DNA of 32,000 nucleotides from Rickettsiales bacterium (GCA_031288835.1 JAITQO010000006.1:3024-35023), one strand, 5' to 3'; positions 7,519-17,253 are shown, numbered from the stretch's first letter. The notes: generated by a model from the sequence alone, not told the origin. Made by a program: numbers and translations.

Positions 7519-7546
7519 ATTATACAACAAGAAATCTCTTTTTCAA
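7519..7546 (-). promoter_or_regulatory. Sigma70-like promoter TTGAAA - 16 nt - TATAAT, with the -10 only 6 nt from the rmuC ATG
   Basis: The minus strand reads TTGAAAAAGAGATTTCTTGTTGTATAATCGCCGCATGGAAATC. The -10 is at 7519..7524 and the -35 at 7541..7546. Confidence 0.5.
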
Positions 7547-7600
7547 TACAATTAAACGCGGTATAATGCGGAAAAGAAGAAAATTATAGATAATTTCCAT

Positions 7601-8101
7601 ATGTTATCTTTATTGATGGCGAAATACGAACAAATTGTCGGCGCGGCGTTGGCTCTGAAAGAAGCAAAAGAACGCCAGGGGTTTTTCGAAGTCATCGCAG
7701 AGGCTGTCAAATCGCACAAACTGCAATTCATCAGGGATGTTCGGGAAATCATCAAAGACGCGAAATCGCGCATATCGAAATCCAGCATAAACATCGGAAT
7801 TATCAACCAATGACCGTCCGTCGGATTATTCGACAGCGACGAAAAATTGACCTTACAGGCGGATTTATTCAACACAATTTACGCATTCCAGATACCGCTG
7901 CTGCCGGAAGACCAGCCGAATGAGACAGAGGTGGAAAGATTTGGAATGTGGCGGAAAAACAAGCCATTCTCGAGAGAATTACAAAATAAAATGATTTCGG
8001 CAGAGCGTCCGTATAATTCAGAAATTCAGCTGATATCAGCTGATAAACGCAGCTTTCCGCGCGTTCAGCGGAGACGAAACAAAGTCGACATTAATGAGTG
8101 A
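7601..8101 (+). pseudogene. Possible decayed gene: two same-frame ORFs (70 and 84 codons) separated by a TGA, in an AT-rich gap
   Basis: 7601..7813 and 7847..8101 share a reading frame. The frame also stays open for about 40 codons after the TGA at 8099..8101. No SD and no recognisable family. Confidence 0.2.
8026..8043. repeat. 18-bp perfect palindrome TCAGCTGATATCAGCTGA
   Basis: Read directly from the sequence. It is self-complementary around the central AT. Confidence 0.9.
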
Positions 8102-8423
8102 AGAGGAATTGGCGACAGCAAAAGCCGCCCTGTCCAAAATCAAAACATCGTCGGGATTGTGAAAATTACCGCATGCGCTTACAATAACGCAAGGACGGCG
8201 GTGCGGACGCATTGCGAATAATAGTCCGCGCAATAGAACGCGCATTCATACACAACGGATATGCTCGAAACTGTCGACTTGTTGAAAATCCTCGGCCTGA
8301 AAAAGCCAGAGATATTGAAATTGATTGTAAATCCGATTTAATCGGAAAGTCGATATCCGGAATGACAAAGGGATAGAAGCGCAACGGGATGGCGAACCGC
8401 GCCCGTGAGCCATGGATTTCGAA

Positions 8424-11400
8424 CTATCGAATTTTCAACACTTTCCTTCTCAGCCTTTCCATCAGCACGAACAATGCCGGCGTCAGCAGATACGTCCACA
8501 CTAGCGCCCCGACCATTCCGCCAATCAAAACCGCCGACATGGATACCTTCGTTCCGTCTGTCGAGAACATTTGCGGCAACATTCCGGCGACAATCGCGAT
8601 TGTGGTCATCAGCATCACGCGGTGCTTGTCGTTATATTGCTCCCACAGCACGTCCGTTACGCCTTTCCCTTTCGCAATTTCCGATATGACGGGCTCGAGC
8701 ACCAGAATATTATCGTTCACAACTAGCCCCACCAGCATGATTACGGAGAGCATCGCCGCTATGTTGATTGTCCCGCCGGTCAGAAACAGAAATGCGAACA
8801 CGCCCGAGAACGCCGTGATAATCGAGGTAGCAATCGTGAACGGGTGGGTCAGCGAGTTCATAATCGCCGCCAGCAATATAAACGTCAGGATTGTCGCCAG
8901 CAGGAACGTCTTGCCCATTTCTCCGGTGGTCTCATCCTGCATTTCGGACATTCCGCCGTAAATCACGCGGTAATCCTCGGGCAGGTTCATGTCGCGAATA
9001 ATCGCGTTGATTTTCGTGCGGACGGGGCCGATTGTCGATTTTCCGAGGTTGACGTTTATCTCGGTCTGGCGGTGCTTGTCCACGCGGTAGATGTTGCGGC
9101 TTGCCGGGCGGTATTCCAGTTTGCCCAACTCAGACACCGGGACCATTCCGCGCTGCGTGGGAATCAGGATGTTCGAGACCGAATCCACGGTCTTGTAAAG
9201 TTTCGAGAACTCTATAATCAGCGGATATTCCTCTCCCTTTTCGCGGAACTTCAACGTGTCGTCGCCATAAATCGCCGTGCGGAGGGCCACGCCGACGGCC
9301 GCGTTCGACGTCCCCCATTCGTTCATCCTCCGTTGGTTCGGAATAAACTGGATTTCTTCGGTCGGCGTCTGCTCGGCCAGCAGCGCGGACTGCACCTCCT
9401 CCAGCCCGTTTATTTTCGCCATCAATTCGTCGGCTATGCCCTCCCGAATCGGGTCGTCTTCCCCCAAAACGCTGATTACCATGTCCGCGGCGCTGCTCGG
9501 ACCGCCTATCTCGCCAGCTTTTATCAAGAAATCCGCATCCGGAATATCCGCGAACGCGGCGACCAGGCGCTGCGCGATTTCCTTGTCGGACGCCCGCCCG
9601 GACGACGGCACAAGGGTCAGGCTCGCGCCGATGTTTTGGATTCCGCGGCGCCCGATTTTAAAGGACGCGGCCGCGACCTCCGGAAACTCGGCCAATTTGT
9701 CCTCAATCCTTTTCGCCAGCTTGTGGGTCTTGTCGAATGTCGCCCCCATCGGCGCGCGCGCGGTGATGTTGATTTCGCCGGTGTCCGCCGACGCCGAGAA
9801 CTCGTTCCCGACAAACCGCAGCAGAAACGACGAGGCGAACAGAACGCCGACCGCGAGCCCCAGCCACCGCCACGGATGCTTCATCTCGGAATTGAAAATG
9901 CCCTTGAACCAATTTAGCTGCATCTTTTCGTGCTTCAGCGTGGCGGCGACTTTTTTCTTTTCGGCCTTTTTCATGAACTTCGCAATCATCATCGGCGTCA
10001 GGGTGAACGAGAACAAAAGGGACATTACCGTCAGATACACGACCGTCATTCCGAACTGGTTCATGAACAATCCCGCGATGCCCTCCATGAACGCCAGCGG
10101 CAGAAACACGACTATGTTCGTGCCGACGCCCGCAAAAATCGCCACGGCCGCCTTTTTCGCGCCTTCGATTGCGGCGTGCTCGGGCTCGTGCCCTTCCTCC
10201 AAAAGATTCAGGCTTGATTCAATCAAAATAATCGCGTTCGCAATCAGAGTTCCCAGCGCGGACGCAATCGCCAACAGCGTCATCGAATTGATTGAAAATC
10301 CGCTGCTGTTCATGAACAGGAATCCGGACACCAGCGACACCGGAATCACGACGCCCGCAATCACGGTTGAACGCCAGTTCTTGGTGAACGCGAGCAGAAC
10401 GATGACCGTGAGAATTATTCCGAAAATGATTCCCTGCAGGGTGGAATCAGTCTCCCTTCGGATTGATTCGGCGGAATCGTATGTGATTTTTATGTCCGCA
10501 TTCTCGTTCTTCAGACCTTGCTTCACCAGTTTTTTATAATAATCCAGGCGCTGGCGCACGCCGTCGGAAATCTTCACCGCATTTCCGTCCGTCGCCTTCA
10601 CGATGGATATAATCAGGACGTCCTCGCCCGCATATCGCCCGCCAAAGCTCGGGTCCTTCGCGGTATCCATGACCTCGGCGATATCCTTCAGACGGAACCG
10701 AAGCCCCTCTGCCGTCGTGATTGACATGTTTTCAATCTGTTCGACGGTCGCGAATTCGCCGATGAAGCGTATGGAGTTCGCCGCCCATTTCGATTCGATT
10801 TTCCCGGCCGGCACGTTCAGGTTGTGCGCGGTTACCGCCTGCAGAACGGCCGAGATTGAAACGCCCTTGGCGGTCATGCGCTGCGGGTCCAGGAACACGC
10901 GTATGGCCCGCTCGCGGCCGCCGAATACCTCGACGTCCGCGACGCCGTGGACGGCCGTTATCTTCTGGGACAAAATGGTATCCACGAATTCATACGCGTC
11001 GCGCAAATCGGCGCCGGAAATCGCCAGCTCCATCACCGATTGCTGCATCAGGTTCAATTTTCTGACAACCGGCTGTTCCAAATCGTCCGGCAGATTGTAG
11101 GCGATGGAGTCAACCATTCCCTTGACTTCCTGCTGCTTTTCGAGCGCGTCTTCGCCAAGGTTGAACTCCGTCACGATATAGGCGTAGTTGTCGTAAATCT
11201 GCGACGTGATTTTCTTTATCCCGGAAACCTTGGAAATAGTGTCTTCGACCGGCTTCACGACCTGCGATTCGATTTCCGCCGGACCGGCTCCGGGATAGAG
11301 CAGCGTCGTCGTCACCATGGGCAAATCCATCGGCGGCATACGCTCCACATTCATCTTAGGATAAGACACGATTCCCATAACGACCCAGAACAGGACGAAC

Positions 11401-11441
11401 ATTATTGTGGTAATGGGACGCTTTACGAAAAACTCTAACAT
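8424..11441 (-). CDS. RND efflux transporter, AcrB/HAE family inner-membrane permease (1005 aa)
   Basis: MLEFFVKRPITTIMFVLFWVVMGIVSYPKMNVERMPPMDLP is a classic AcrB N-terminus. The size suggests 12 TM helices and two large periplasmic loops. GAGGTG lies upstream of the ATG at 11441; the track's longer start is unlikely. Confidence 0.9.
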   Translation of the reverse strand: MLEFFVKRPITTIMFVLFWVVMGIVSYPKMNVERMPPMDLPMVTTTLLYPGAGPAEIESQVVKPVEDTISKVSGIKKITSQIYDNYAYIVTEFNLGEDALEKQQEVKGMVDSIAYNLPDDLEQPVVRKLNLMQQSVMELAISGADLRDAYEFVDTILSQKITAVHGVADVEVFGGRERAIRVFLDPQRMTAKGVSISAVLQAVTAHNLNVPAGKIESKWAANSIRFIGEFATVEQIENMSITTAEGLRFRLKDIAEVMDTAKDPSFGGRYAGEDVLIISIVKATDGNAVKISDGVRQRLDYYKKLVKQGLKNENADIKITYDSAESIRRETDSTLQGIIFGIILTVIVLLAFTKNWRSTVIAGVVIPVSLVSGFLFMNSSGFSINSMTLLAIASALGTLIANAIILIESSLNLLEEGHEPEHAAIEGAKKAAVAIFAGVGTNIVVFLPLAFMEGIAGLFMNQFGMTVVYLTVMSLLFSFTLTPMMIAKFMKKAEKKKVAATLKHEKMQLNWFKGIFNSEMKHPWRWLGLAVGVLFASSFLLRFVGNEFSASADTGEINITARAPMGATFDKTHKLAKRIEDKLAEFPEVAAASFKIGRRGIQNIGASLTLVPSSGRASDKEIAQRLVAAFADIPDADFLIKAGEIGGPSSAADMVISVLGEDDPIREGIADELMAKINGLEEVQSALLAEQTPTEEIQFIPNQRRMNEWGTSNAAVGVALRTAIYGDDTLKFREKGEEYPLIIEFSKLYKTVDSVSNILIPTQRGMVPVSELGKLEYRPASRNIYRVDKHRQTEINVNLGKSTIGPVRTKINAIIRDMNLPEDYRVIYGGMSEMQDETTGEMGKTFLLATILTFILLAAIMNSLTHPFTIATSIITAFSGVFAFLFLTGGTINIAAMLSVIMLVGLVVNDNILVLEPVISEIAKGKGVTDVLWEQYNDKHRVMLMTTIAIVAGMLPQMFSTDGTKVSMSAVLIGGMVGALVWTYLLTPALFVLMERLRRKVLKIR

Positions 11442-11559
11442 TTTTTCACCTCTGGGTGTATGATATGCGAAACGTAAAAAGCGATATGTAATATGACTTT
11501 TGTTTAACGGCGATAAACACACCATAATTCATATCATATGCCACATATCACTTTTCACG

Positions 11560-12054
11560 TCATTTGATTACAATCCTTTCTCCGTCTTTCAATCCGGCAA
11601 CAACCATTCGCTGGTTATCCTTTGCGACGACCTTCGCTCCGGCGGGCAGCACGGCGTCAACCGGCAGAAAGAATCCCGTGTATTCGCGCAGGGCCATCAC
11701 GTTCCCGGTTATATTTCCAGACACGCGGACGATGAACATTCCCGTGTCCAGGTCGATGTCTCTGGAAACAAACGTTATATTGGCGTCTTTATCCTTGATT
11801 TTCTGCCCTGTCGAAAACATGTGGACTCTGTCCGCGGACACCAGCGCGCGGCCGTTTTGCACGAATAGCGGCTCTTCCAAGAAATCCGTTGTTTTTTCCG
11901 CGACCACGTATTCGTGCGGACTGCCCTTTTCCTTGTGAATCCTGACGATATTGTTGACATGCCTGACGCCCTCCTCGCGCAGTTTTTGAATGCGGTATCC
12001 GACCAGGACGGACAATAAGAGAATCGATAAAAATATTGCGGCTTTCTTTTTCAT
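11560..12054 (-). CDS. Membrane-anchored mini periplasmic adaptor-like protein (164 aa)
   Basis: It has an N-terminal TM/signal anchor (MKKKAAIFLSILLLSVLVGY) and a C-terminus ...AKVVAKDNQRMVVAGLKDGERIVIK that resembles the terminal beta-strands of MFP/HlyD-type adaptors. It sits between the tolC-like and RND genes, with a 4-nt overlap with tolC. Confidence 0.5.
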   Translation of the reverse strand: MKKKAAIFLSILLLSVLVGYRIQKLREEGVRHVNNIVRIHKEKGSPHEYVVAEKTTDFLEEPLFVQNGRALVSADRVHMFSTGQKIKDKDANITFVSRDIDLDTGMFIVRVSGNITGNVMALREYTGFFLPVDAVLPAGAKVVAKDNQRMVVAGLKDGERIVIK

Positions 12055-13325
12055 CGCGTTTCATATTTCCTAATGCTTTCTTCCGTCGTCAAGATTTGCA
12101 GTTTCGCGTTGAACACGGCCATTTCCATCTGCGACATAGTGCGCTCCACATCCGACAGTTCCGTTGCCGAAGTTTGTCCGGCCAAGAACCTGCTTTTCGA
12201 CAAGTCATATGCTTTTTCGGCCAAATCCTTAGCCCTCAGAATATCTTTCAGCGACTGCCGCAGATGCGCATGCTTCTGAATCAGCTCGTTGTATTCGGCG
12301 GTTTTGATTTTCCGCGACTTGTCCAGGTCTTCGCGCGCGGAAATCGCGTTCATGGCGCTTGCCGTCGCCTGCGCCATCCTCGCCCCGGCGTCGAACAGGG
12401 GCATCGTGACTGATATTCCCACATTGGAAGATTTCAGAGCCGGATAAAAACTGCCGATGTTTTCCAACGAATCGGAAAGCCTGAGATAATTATACGAGCC
12501 GGTCGCCGCGATTGTCGGAAGATATCCGGCATAGTTCTGCCTTTTCTCCGCGTCGGCAATCTTGGCCTGCAATTCGTAAATATGCCATTCCAAAGGATTT
12601 ATTTCCTTTTTTGTCTTCGCGGCGAAACTGTTCGGAAAATCCGAGGTCAGGACCATGGGCTCGTATTCGCCGATTCCGGCGTAAACTTTCAGCATGCGGT
12701 GGGCGGAATCCCGATTGAATTTCGCGTTCTCCAAATCGATTTCGCGCGCGGCCACATCGGCTGCGATTTTGACAAGATTGCTGCGGTTCGCGCGGCCGGT
12801 GGCGGTCAGCTGCCTTTGCGCATTTTTCGTGTTTTTCAAGGATTTTTCGGCAACCCTGACGGATTCGTCGGTCACCTTCGCCGTCCAGTATAGCTGAACC
12901 GCCGCGGCGCGGGTTTCTATTTCCGCCAATTCCCTGGATTTCTTCGCAATTTCAACGCCCCCGCGCGCCATGTCCAGCGCATATCCGATTTTGCCAAACG
13001 AATATATCGGCATCGATGCGGAAACGCCGAGCGCACCGATATTGTCGATAGCCGCCGGAACGGAAGCCGAAGCGCTCGCCTGTATGGGCAGTCCGAAGGC
13101 GTTCGTCTGATACGAGGCCGTGGCGTCGAGCTTCGGCCAGCGGGCCGCGGCGGCGGCGGTCAGAATCGCGTCCATCCTTCTCACGTTCGCCTCGGCTTTC
13201 CTTATGTCCTGGGATTCCTCCAAAACCAATCCGATTGCCTCGTCCACGCCAAGGCTGCGCGCAAACCCGTCGCCGAATTGCGCAATGAATAGCCCTAGAA
13301 AAATAAAAAACATTATTTTTCTCAT
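12051..13325 (-). CDS. TolC-family outer-membrane efflux protein
   Basis: It has a signal peptide (MRKIMFFIFLGLFIAQF), is 424 aa long, and shows a duplicated helical/beta pattern (LVLEESQDIRKAEANV..., YLPTIAATGSYNY) typical of OEP/TolC. Confidence 0.85.
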   Translation of the reverse strand: MRKIMFFIFLGLFIAQFGDGFARSLGVDEAIGLVLEESQDIRKAEANVRRMDAILTAAAAARWPKLDATASYQTNAFGLPIQASASASVPAAIDNIGALGVSASMPIYSFGKIGYALDMARGGVEIAKKSRELAEIETRAAAVQLYWTAKVTDESVRVAEKSLKNTKNAQRQLTATGRANRSNLVKIAADVAAREIDLENAKFNRDSAHRMLKVYAGIGEYEPMVLTSDFPNSFAAKTKKEINPLEWHIYELQAKIADAEKRQNYAGYLPTIAATGSYNYLRLSDSLENIGSFYPALKSSNVGISVTMPLFDAGARMAQATASAMNAISAREDLDKSRKIKTAEYNELIQKHAHLRQSLKDILRAKDLAEKAYDLSKSRFLAGQTSATELSDVERTMSQMEMAVFNAKLQILTTEESIRKYETR

Positions 13326-13335
13326 GATTTCGCCT

Positions 13336-13794
13336 TTACTGACTGCACTTTATTCCGTTCAATATTTCATTTATCTGGCGGAGGGCGCCGACCAATTTTT
13401 CTCCGTCTTCGCGGCTGATTTTCTCAAAAAAATCGGATACCCGGCGATGCAGGGATTTTATGGCCTCCCTGGCGGTGGCGGCGCCGGCCTTGGACACCGA
13501 ATACCAGGTATTCCGACGGTCGGCGGCGTCAACCTCGCGCAGAATCAATCCGTTCGATTCCAGCTTTCGGAACGCCGCGCACAGATTGGCGCTCGGGATG
13601 CCCTCGCGCCGCGCTATGTCTTTCAGGCGGGCGCGGCCCGCGGTATTCAGCCGGACCAGGATTTTCAATTGCGGGCGCGAATACTTCTTGAAGCTCTCGT
13701 CTTCGCCGTTCCGCCTCAGGTTATCCCTCAGCCAGTCTATAATCATAATATTTTTCTCTATAAGATTCGCAAACTCCCGCCGCAACATAATCAA
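13336..13794 (-). CDS. MarR-family transcriptional regulator
   Basis: A winged-helix block (LKDIARREGIPSANLCAAFRKLESNGLILREVDAADRRNTWYSVSKAG) matches MarR. It is the first gene of the efflux operon. Confidence 0.85.
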   Translation of the reverse strand: MIMLRREFANLIEKNIMIIDWLRDNLRRNGEDESFKKYSRPQLKILVRLNTAGRARLKDIARREGIPSANLCAAFRKLESNGLILREVDAADRRNTWYSVSKAGAATAREAIKSLHRRVSDFFEKISREDGEKLVGALRQINEILNGIKCSQ

Positions 13795-13799
13795 AACCT

Positions 13800-13842
13800 T
13801 TAATTATTAAAACATTTAATCATTCTACATTTTAATAATTAA
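13800..13842. promoter_or_regulatory. Candidate MarR operator: perfect 13-bp inverted repeat TTAATTATTAAAA - 17 nt - TTTTAATAATTAA
   Basis: Arms at 13800..13812 and 13830..13842, starting 6 nt upstream of the marR start codon in an AT-rich leader. Confidence 0.5.
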
Positions 13843-14010
13843 ATGTCAAGGAAAAAAATCACACCGTTTGGATTGCAGGATTATATGACAAAAACAATAA
13901 AAGTCAAGAGAAAGCGCCCGACTAATAATTTAGTTCGAAACCCGAAATCCGGAAATCAGCAATCAATAACAAATTGTCGCGGGGCCGATATTTATTCAGA
14001 TTTCGATTTA

Positions 14011-15042
14011 TTAAGATTCGACTACTTTAATAATATTATTCACAGCGTTGTTCGGGACATGCGCAAGCGTCGCCATTTTTTGCAATTTCTCAGGATTCGA
14101 CAGCAATTTCTCCAACGTTTTGCCCAGCAATTCCGGCGCAAAATCTTTCTGCTCGATTACAATTCCACCGCCGTTTTTCGCAAACTGCTTCGCGTTCGCC
14201 AACTGGTCCGGATTGATGCCGAGCGGCACAAGAACGGCCGGCACCCCGACCGTCTGCATTTCGACGACCGTGCCTGCGCCCGCGCGGCTGATGACCAATG
14301 ACGCCGCCGACAATTCGCCCGCCATGTCTTTTATGAATGACAAAACGTTATTCTTGACGCCGCCCGCGGCATACGCTTTGCGCAATTTCTCGACGTTCTC
14401 GGGCCGCGTCTGATGAATCACGAACAGGGATTTTTTTATTTTTTCGGAAAGACTTTCAATCGCCGCCGGACACGTCTCGTCCAAAATCCTCGCCCCCAGC
14501 GACCCGCCGGTGACAAGAAGCCGCCGGCCATAGTTCATGCTCAGCGGTTCATCTCGGCGACGGAATCCCTGTCTGACCGGCAGACCGACATGAACGCCGG
14601 CGCCAATCGGAAACGTGGTCATCAGCGTTTTGACAAACGGCATGGCGAACCTGTTCGCGCGGCCGATTGCCGCGTTCTGTTCGTGCATAAACGTCGGAAT
14701 GCCCCAAATCCAGCCCGCAATCAGCGGCGGAACGCTGGAGTATCCCCCGAACGCGACGATTTTATCCGGACGGGAAAAAACAAAACGAACGGACAACGCC
14801 AGCGTCGACACGCCAATCTTGAGCAAAGACCAAAATTGAAACAACGGATTTTTCGCGCCGACGCCGGAGGCCCAGACGAACGCGCGCCGATAATTACGGA
14901 CATATTTTTTCCCGCGGCCATCCGTCGACACAATCACTTTGCGACCGCGCGCAATCAGCTCGTCCGCGACCGCCAGGGCCGGAAAAATATGCCCGCCCGT
15001 GCCGCCGGTAGCAATCCAGAACTTTTTTATGTCGCGCACCAT
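14011..15042 (-). CDS. murG: UDP-GlcNAc:lipid I N-acetylglucosaminyltransferase MurG
   Basis: ATGGTGGHIFPALAVADEL is the N-terminal G-loop. Also GGYSSVPP and a C-terminal SRAGAGTVVE block. Confidence 0.9.
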   Translation of the reverse strand: MVRDIKKFWIATGGTGGHIFPALAVADELIARGRKVIVSTDGRGKKYVRNYRRAFVWASGVGAKNPLFQFWSLLKIGVSTLALSVRFVFSRPDKIVAFGGYSSVPPLIAGWIWGIPTFMHEQNAAIGRANRFAMPFVKTLMTTFPIGAGVHVGLPVRQGFRRRDEPLSMNYGRRLLVTGGSLGARILDETCPAAIESLSEKIKKSLFVIHQTRPENVEKLRKAYAAGGVKNNVLSFIKDMAGELSAASLVISRAGAGTVVEMQTVGVPAVLVPLGINPDQLANAKQFAKNGGGIVIEQKDFAPELLGKTLEKLLSNPEKLQKMATLAHVPNNAVNNIIKVVES

Positions 15043-16112
15043 TTGCCCTGCCTTATCAATGACAGAATGATAGCAAACAATATGCTGAATGCAAGCAGCG
15101 ACGAGCCCCCGTATGATATGAAGGGCAGCGTCGTTCCCTTCATGACCCCCCCGAGAGCGGTCAGAATGTTCATAGCCACATGAATGGCAAACAATAGCGC
15201 CGCGCCGAAAATGACCAACGACGAAAATTCGTCCTTGTTTTCAACCGCGCGGCGGAACAGCAGGCAGAACAAAACGAACATCGCGCCGACCAGGGCGGCG
15301 CACGCGACCGCCCCCCACATTTCCGCCAACCCGGCGAACACAAAATCGTTGTTCGCCATCGGGACGTTTTGGAACAGGAAACTTTCGTCTCCGCGCCCCC
15401 ACAGCCCGCCGTTCCTGATTGCGTCAAGCGAGCGTCCAATCTGATACCCGTCGGACCCGCCGAATATCCTCATGCGGAAATGGGAATGCGTCAGAGACAC
15501 CAGAAACGCGGCCGCCCCCGCGCCGACGAACGCGAGGACATACCGCCACCTCATTCCCGCCCAAAACAGCATCGTGCCGAAAACCGAGATATACATGAAC
15601 ATGTTTCCCAAATCCGGATGGAAAAACATAGAGAGCAGGATGGCCATAAACGCCGCCAGATAGGCCGGCCACCATCCGCCTTTCCAAAGCGGCGCGGCGC
15701 CAATCCAATCATCCGGCGCCCGCCTTTTGACCTCGGTTATGAACCATGCGGTCAAGACGATGAACGCGGGCTTCATCAAATCCGCCGGCATGACCGAAAA
15801 TCCGCCGATTCGCGCCCACCGCAGGGAATTGTTGATTCTGTGCGGGTCGGCGTATGTCAAAAGGAACAACGCCATGCATGCGGCGAACAACAGCCACATC
15901 AATCCGATTATGGTCTTCTTCCTGCCAATCATCGGAACGAACAGGAAAATCACCAGGGAAACGCCGTAGAACAGGAATATCTTATCCAGAACGTGAAGGG
16001 AATGAAAACCGGCGAGCAGCCCGACGAACGAGAACGCGAAAACCAGTCCCAGAATCCACCAATCAATCTGAAACCACCAGTTTGTGAACAAAGAACGGTC
16101 AGACCTTTTCAT
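15027..16112 (-). CDS. ftsW: SEDS-family peptidoglycan polymerase FtsW/RodA
   Basis: Polytopic membrane protein with NDFVFAGLAEMWG and TTLPFISYGGSSLL motifs. It sits between mraY and murG and overlaps murG by 16 nt. Confidence 0.85.
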   Translation of the reverse strand: MKRSDRSLFTNWWFQIDWWILGLVFAFSFVGLLAGFHSLHVLDKIFLFYGVSLVIFLFVPMIGRKKTIIGLMWLLFAACMALFLLTYADPHRINNSLRWARIGGFSVMPADLMKPAFIVLTAWFITEVKRRAPDDWIGAAPLWKGGWWPAYLAAFMAILLSMFFHPDLGNMFMYISVFGTMLFWAGMRWRYVLAFVGAGAAAFLVSLTHSHFRMRIFGGSDGYQIGRSLDAIRNGGLWGRGDESFLFQNVPMANNDFVFAGLAEMWGAVACAALVGAMFVLFCLLFRRAVENKDEFSSLVIFGAALLFAIHVAMNILTALGGVMKGTTLPFISYGGSSLLAFSILFAIILSLIRQGKWCAT

Positions 16113-16203
16113 TTTTCAACCTTTGGCCCAAAAATAATTATAAATTATGAATTACTTTCGATACCAAAAAATCTCATAATTAAATCGCAAAATGTCATGC
16201 GTC

Positions 16204-17253
16204 TTACAATTTCAGCACTGCGATGGCGATTCCGGCGAATATGATTGACGCGATGAAAAAGCGCTCGACTATTTTCGTTTCCGACCACCCTTTCAGCTCA
16301 AGATGGTGATGCAGCGGCGCCATCAGGAACGGAGGTTTTCCCTTCGGCGCGACAAACCTGTAATACATCATCTGGGCGAACGACGATAACAGCACCAAAA
16401 CCATCACGGCGCTTGCCACGGCCATGACGATTTCGGATTTCATCAGCAGCGCCGACGTTCCGAGCAAACCGCCCAGCGCAAGCGCCCCTACGTCGCCCAT
16501 AAAAATGCTCGCCGGCTTGGCGTTGAACCACAAGAACCCCATGACCGCGCCCATAGTCGCGCCGAAAATCGGGAACAACGCCGCCGCCTCGGGCAGAAAT
16601 ATCAGGGACGGCATGAACCCGACGCGCGTTATTCCAACCAGCGCGACAACCAGAACGGACAGCGGGCACAGAATGACTTTCGCCAGCATGCCGTCCAGTC
16701 CGTCCGTTATGTTCGCGGCGTTGGCGGTTCCGACAATCACAAGATACGACCACACGAAATAAAGCATGCCCAGCGGCAGAATGATTCCGAACGGCAGAAC
16801 CACGGACAGCATGGGAACATACGCGGGCATCGTCATGTCTATCAGGAACGACAGGAACACCGCTATCACGCCCGCGGCCAAAAGACGCCCCATTTCGGAC
16901 AACCCGGCATAGGCGTTTCCACGAATAACCTTGTTGTAATCGTCCAAGAATCCCATGGCGCCGAACAGAACCAGCGCAATCAGGGGCGTCCACGCGACCA
17001 AGCTGGACCAATCCATAAACAAAAGCGACGCGGTTATAATCGCCGGAATGAACACCAGGCCGCCCATTGTCGGCGTGCCTTTTTTCTCGTCGACATGCTT
17101 TTGGATTCCGTCCGTTCTTACCGGCTGGCCGCGGCGCTGCCATTTTTTCAGCGCGGGAATAAGCAGGCGCCCGAATATCAGAACCAAGACGAACGCCGCC
17201 GCAAATGCCGCGGAAAACGCCACGCTGTTTTTTGATAGAAAATCAGTTATCAT
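16204..17253 (-). CDS. mraY: Phospho-N-acetylmuramoyl-pentapeptide transferase MraY
   Basis: KKGTPTMGG, NAANITDGLDGM and FMGDVGALALGG, plus the C-terminal APLHHHLELKGW, are MraY signatures. Confidence 0.92.
   Translation of the reverse strand: MITDFLSKNSVAFSAAFAAAFVLVLIFGRLLIPALKKWQRRGQPVRTDGIQKHVDEKKGTPTMGGLVFIPAIITASLLFMDWSSLVAWTPLIALVLFGAMGFLDDYNKVIRGNAYAGLSEMGRLLAAGVIAVFLSFLIDMTMPAYVPMLSVVLPFGIILPLGMLYFVWSYLVIVGTANAANITDGLDGMLAKVILCPLSVLVVALVGITRVGFMPSLIFLPEAAALFPIFGATMGAVMGFLWFNAKPASIFMGDVGALALGGLLGTSALLMKSEIVMAVASAVMVLVLLSSFAQMMYYRFVAPKGKPPFLMAPLHHHLELKGWSETKIVERFFIASIIFAGIAIAVLKL

Noticed and set aside
8386-8440. tRNA-like T-arm resemblance (ccatggatttcgaac) near the end of the RND gene
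   Set aside because: No acceptor or anticodon stems can be drawn. The sequence encodes the RND C-terminus (..RRKVLKIR).
8844-10539. Long plus-strand ORFs (357 aa and 420 aa) inside the RND gene
   Set aside because: They are antisense to the well-supported AcrB-family CDS and have no motifs or start signals.
15369-16244. 291-aa plus-strand ORF, and other antisense ORFs across ftsW, mraY and the Cys-rich genes (for example 25230..26273 and 18998..19642)
   Set aside because: They are antisense to genes with clear family signatures. Their composition is Arg/Pro-rich, with no signals.
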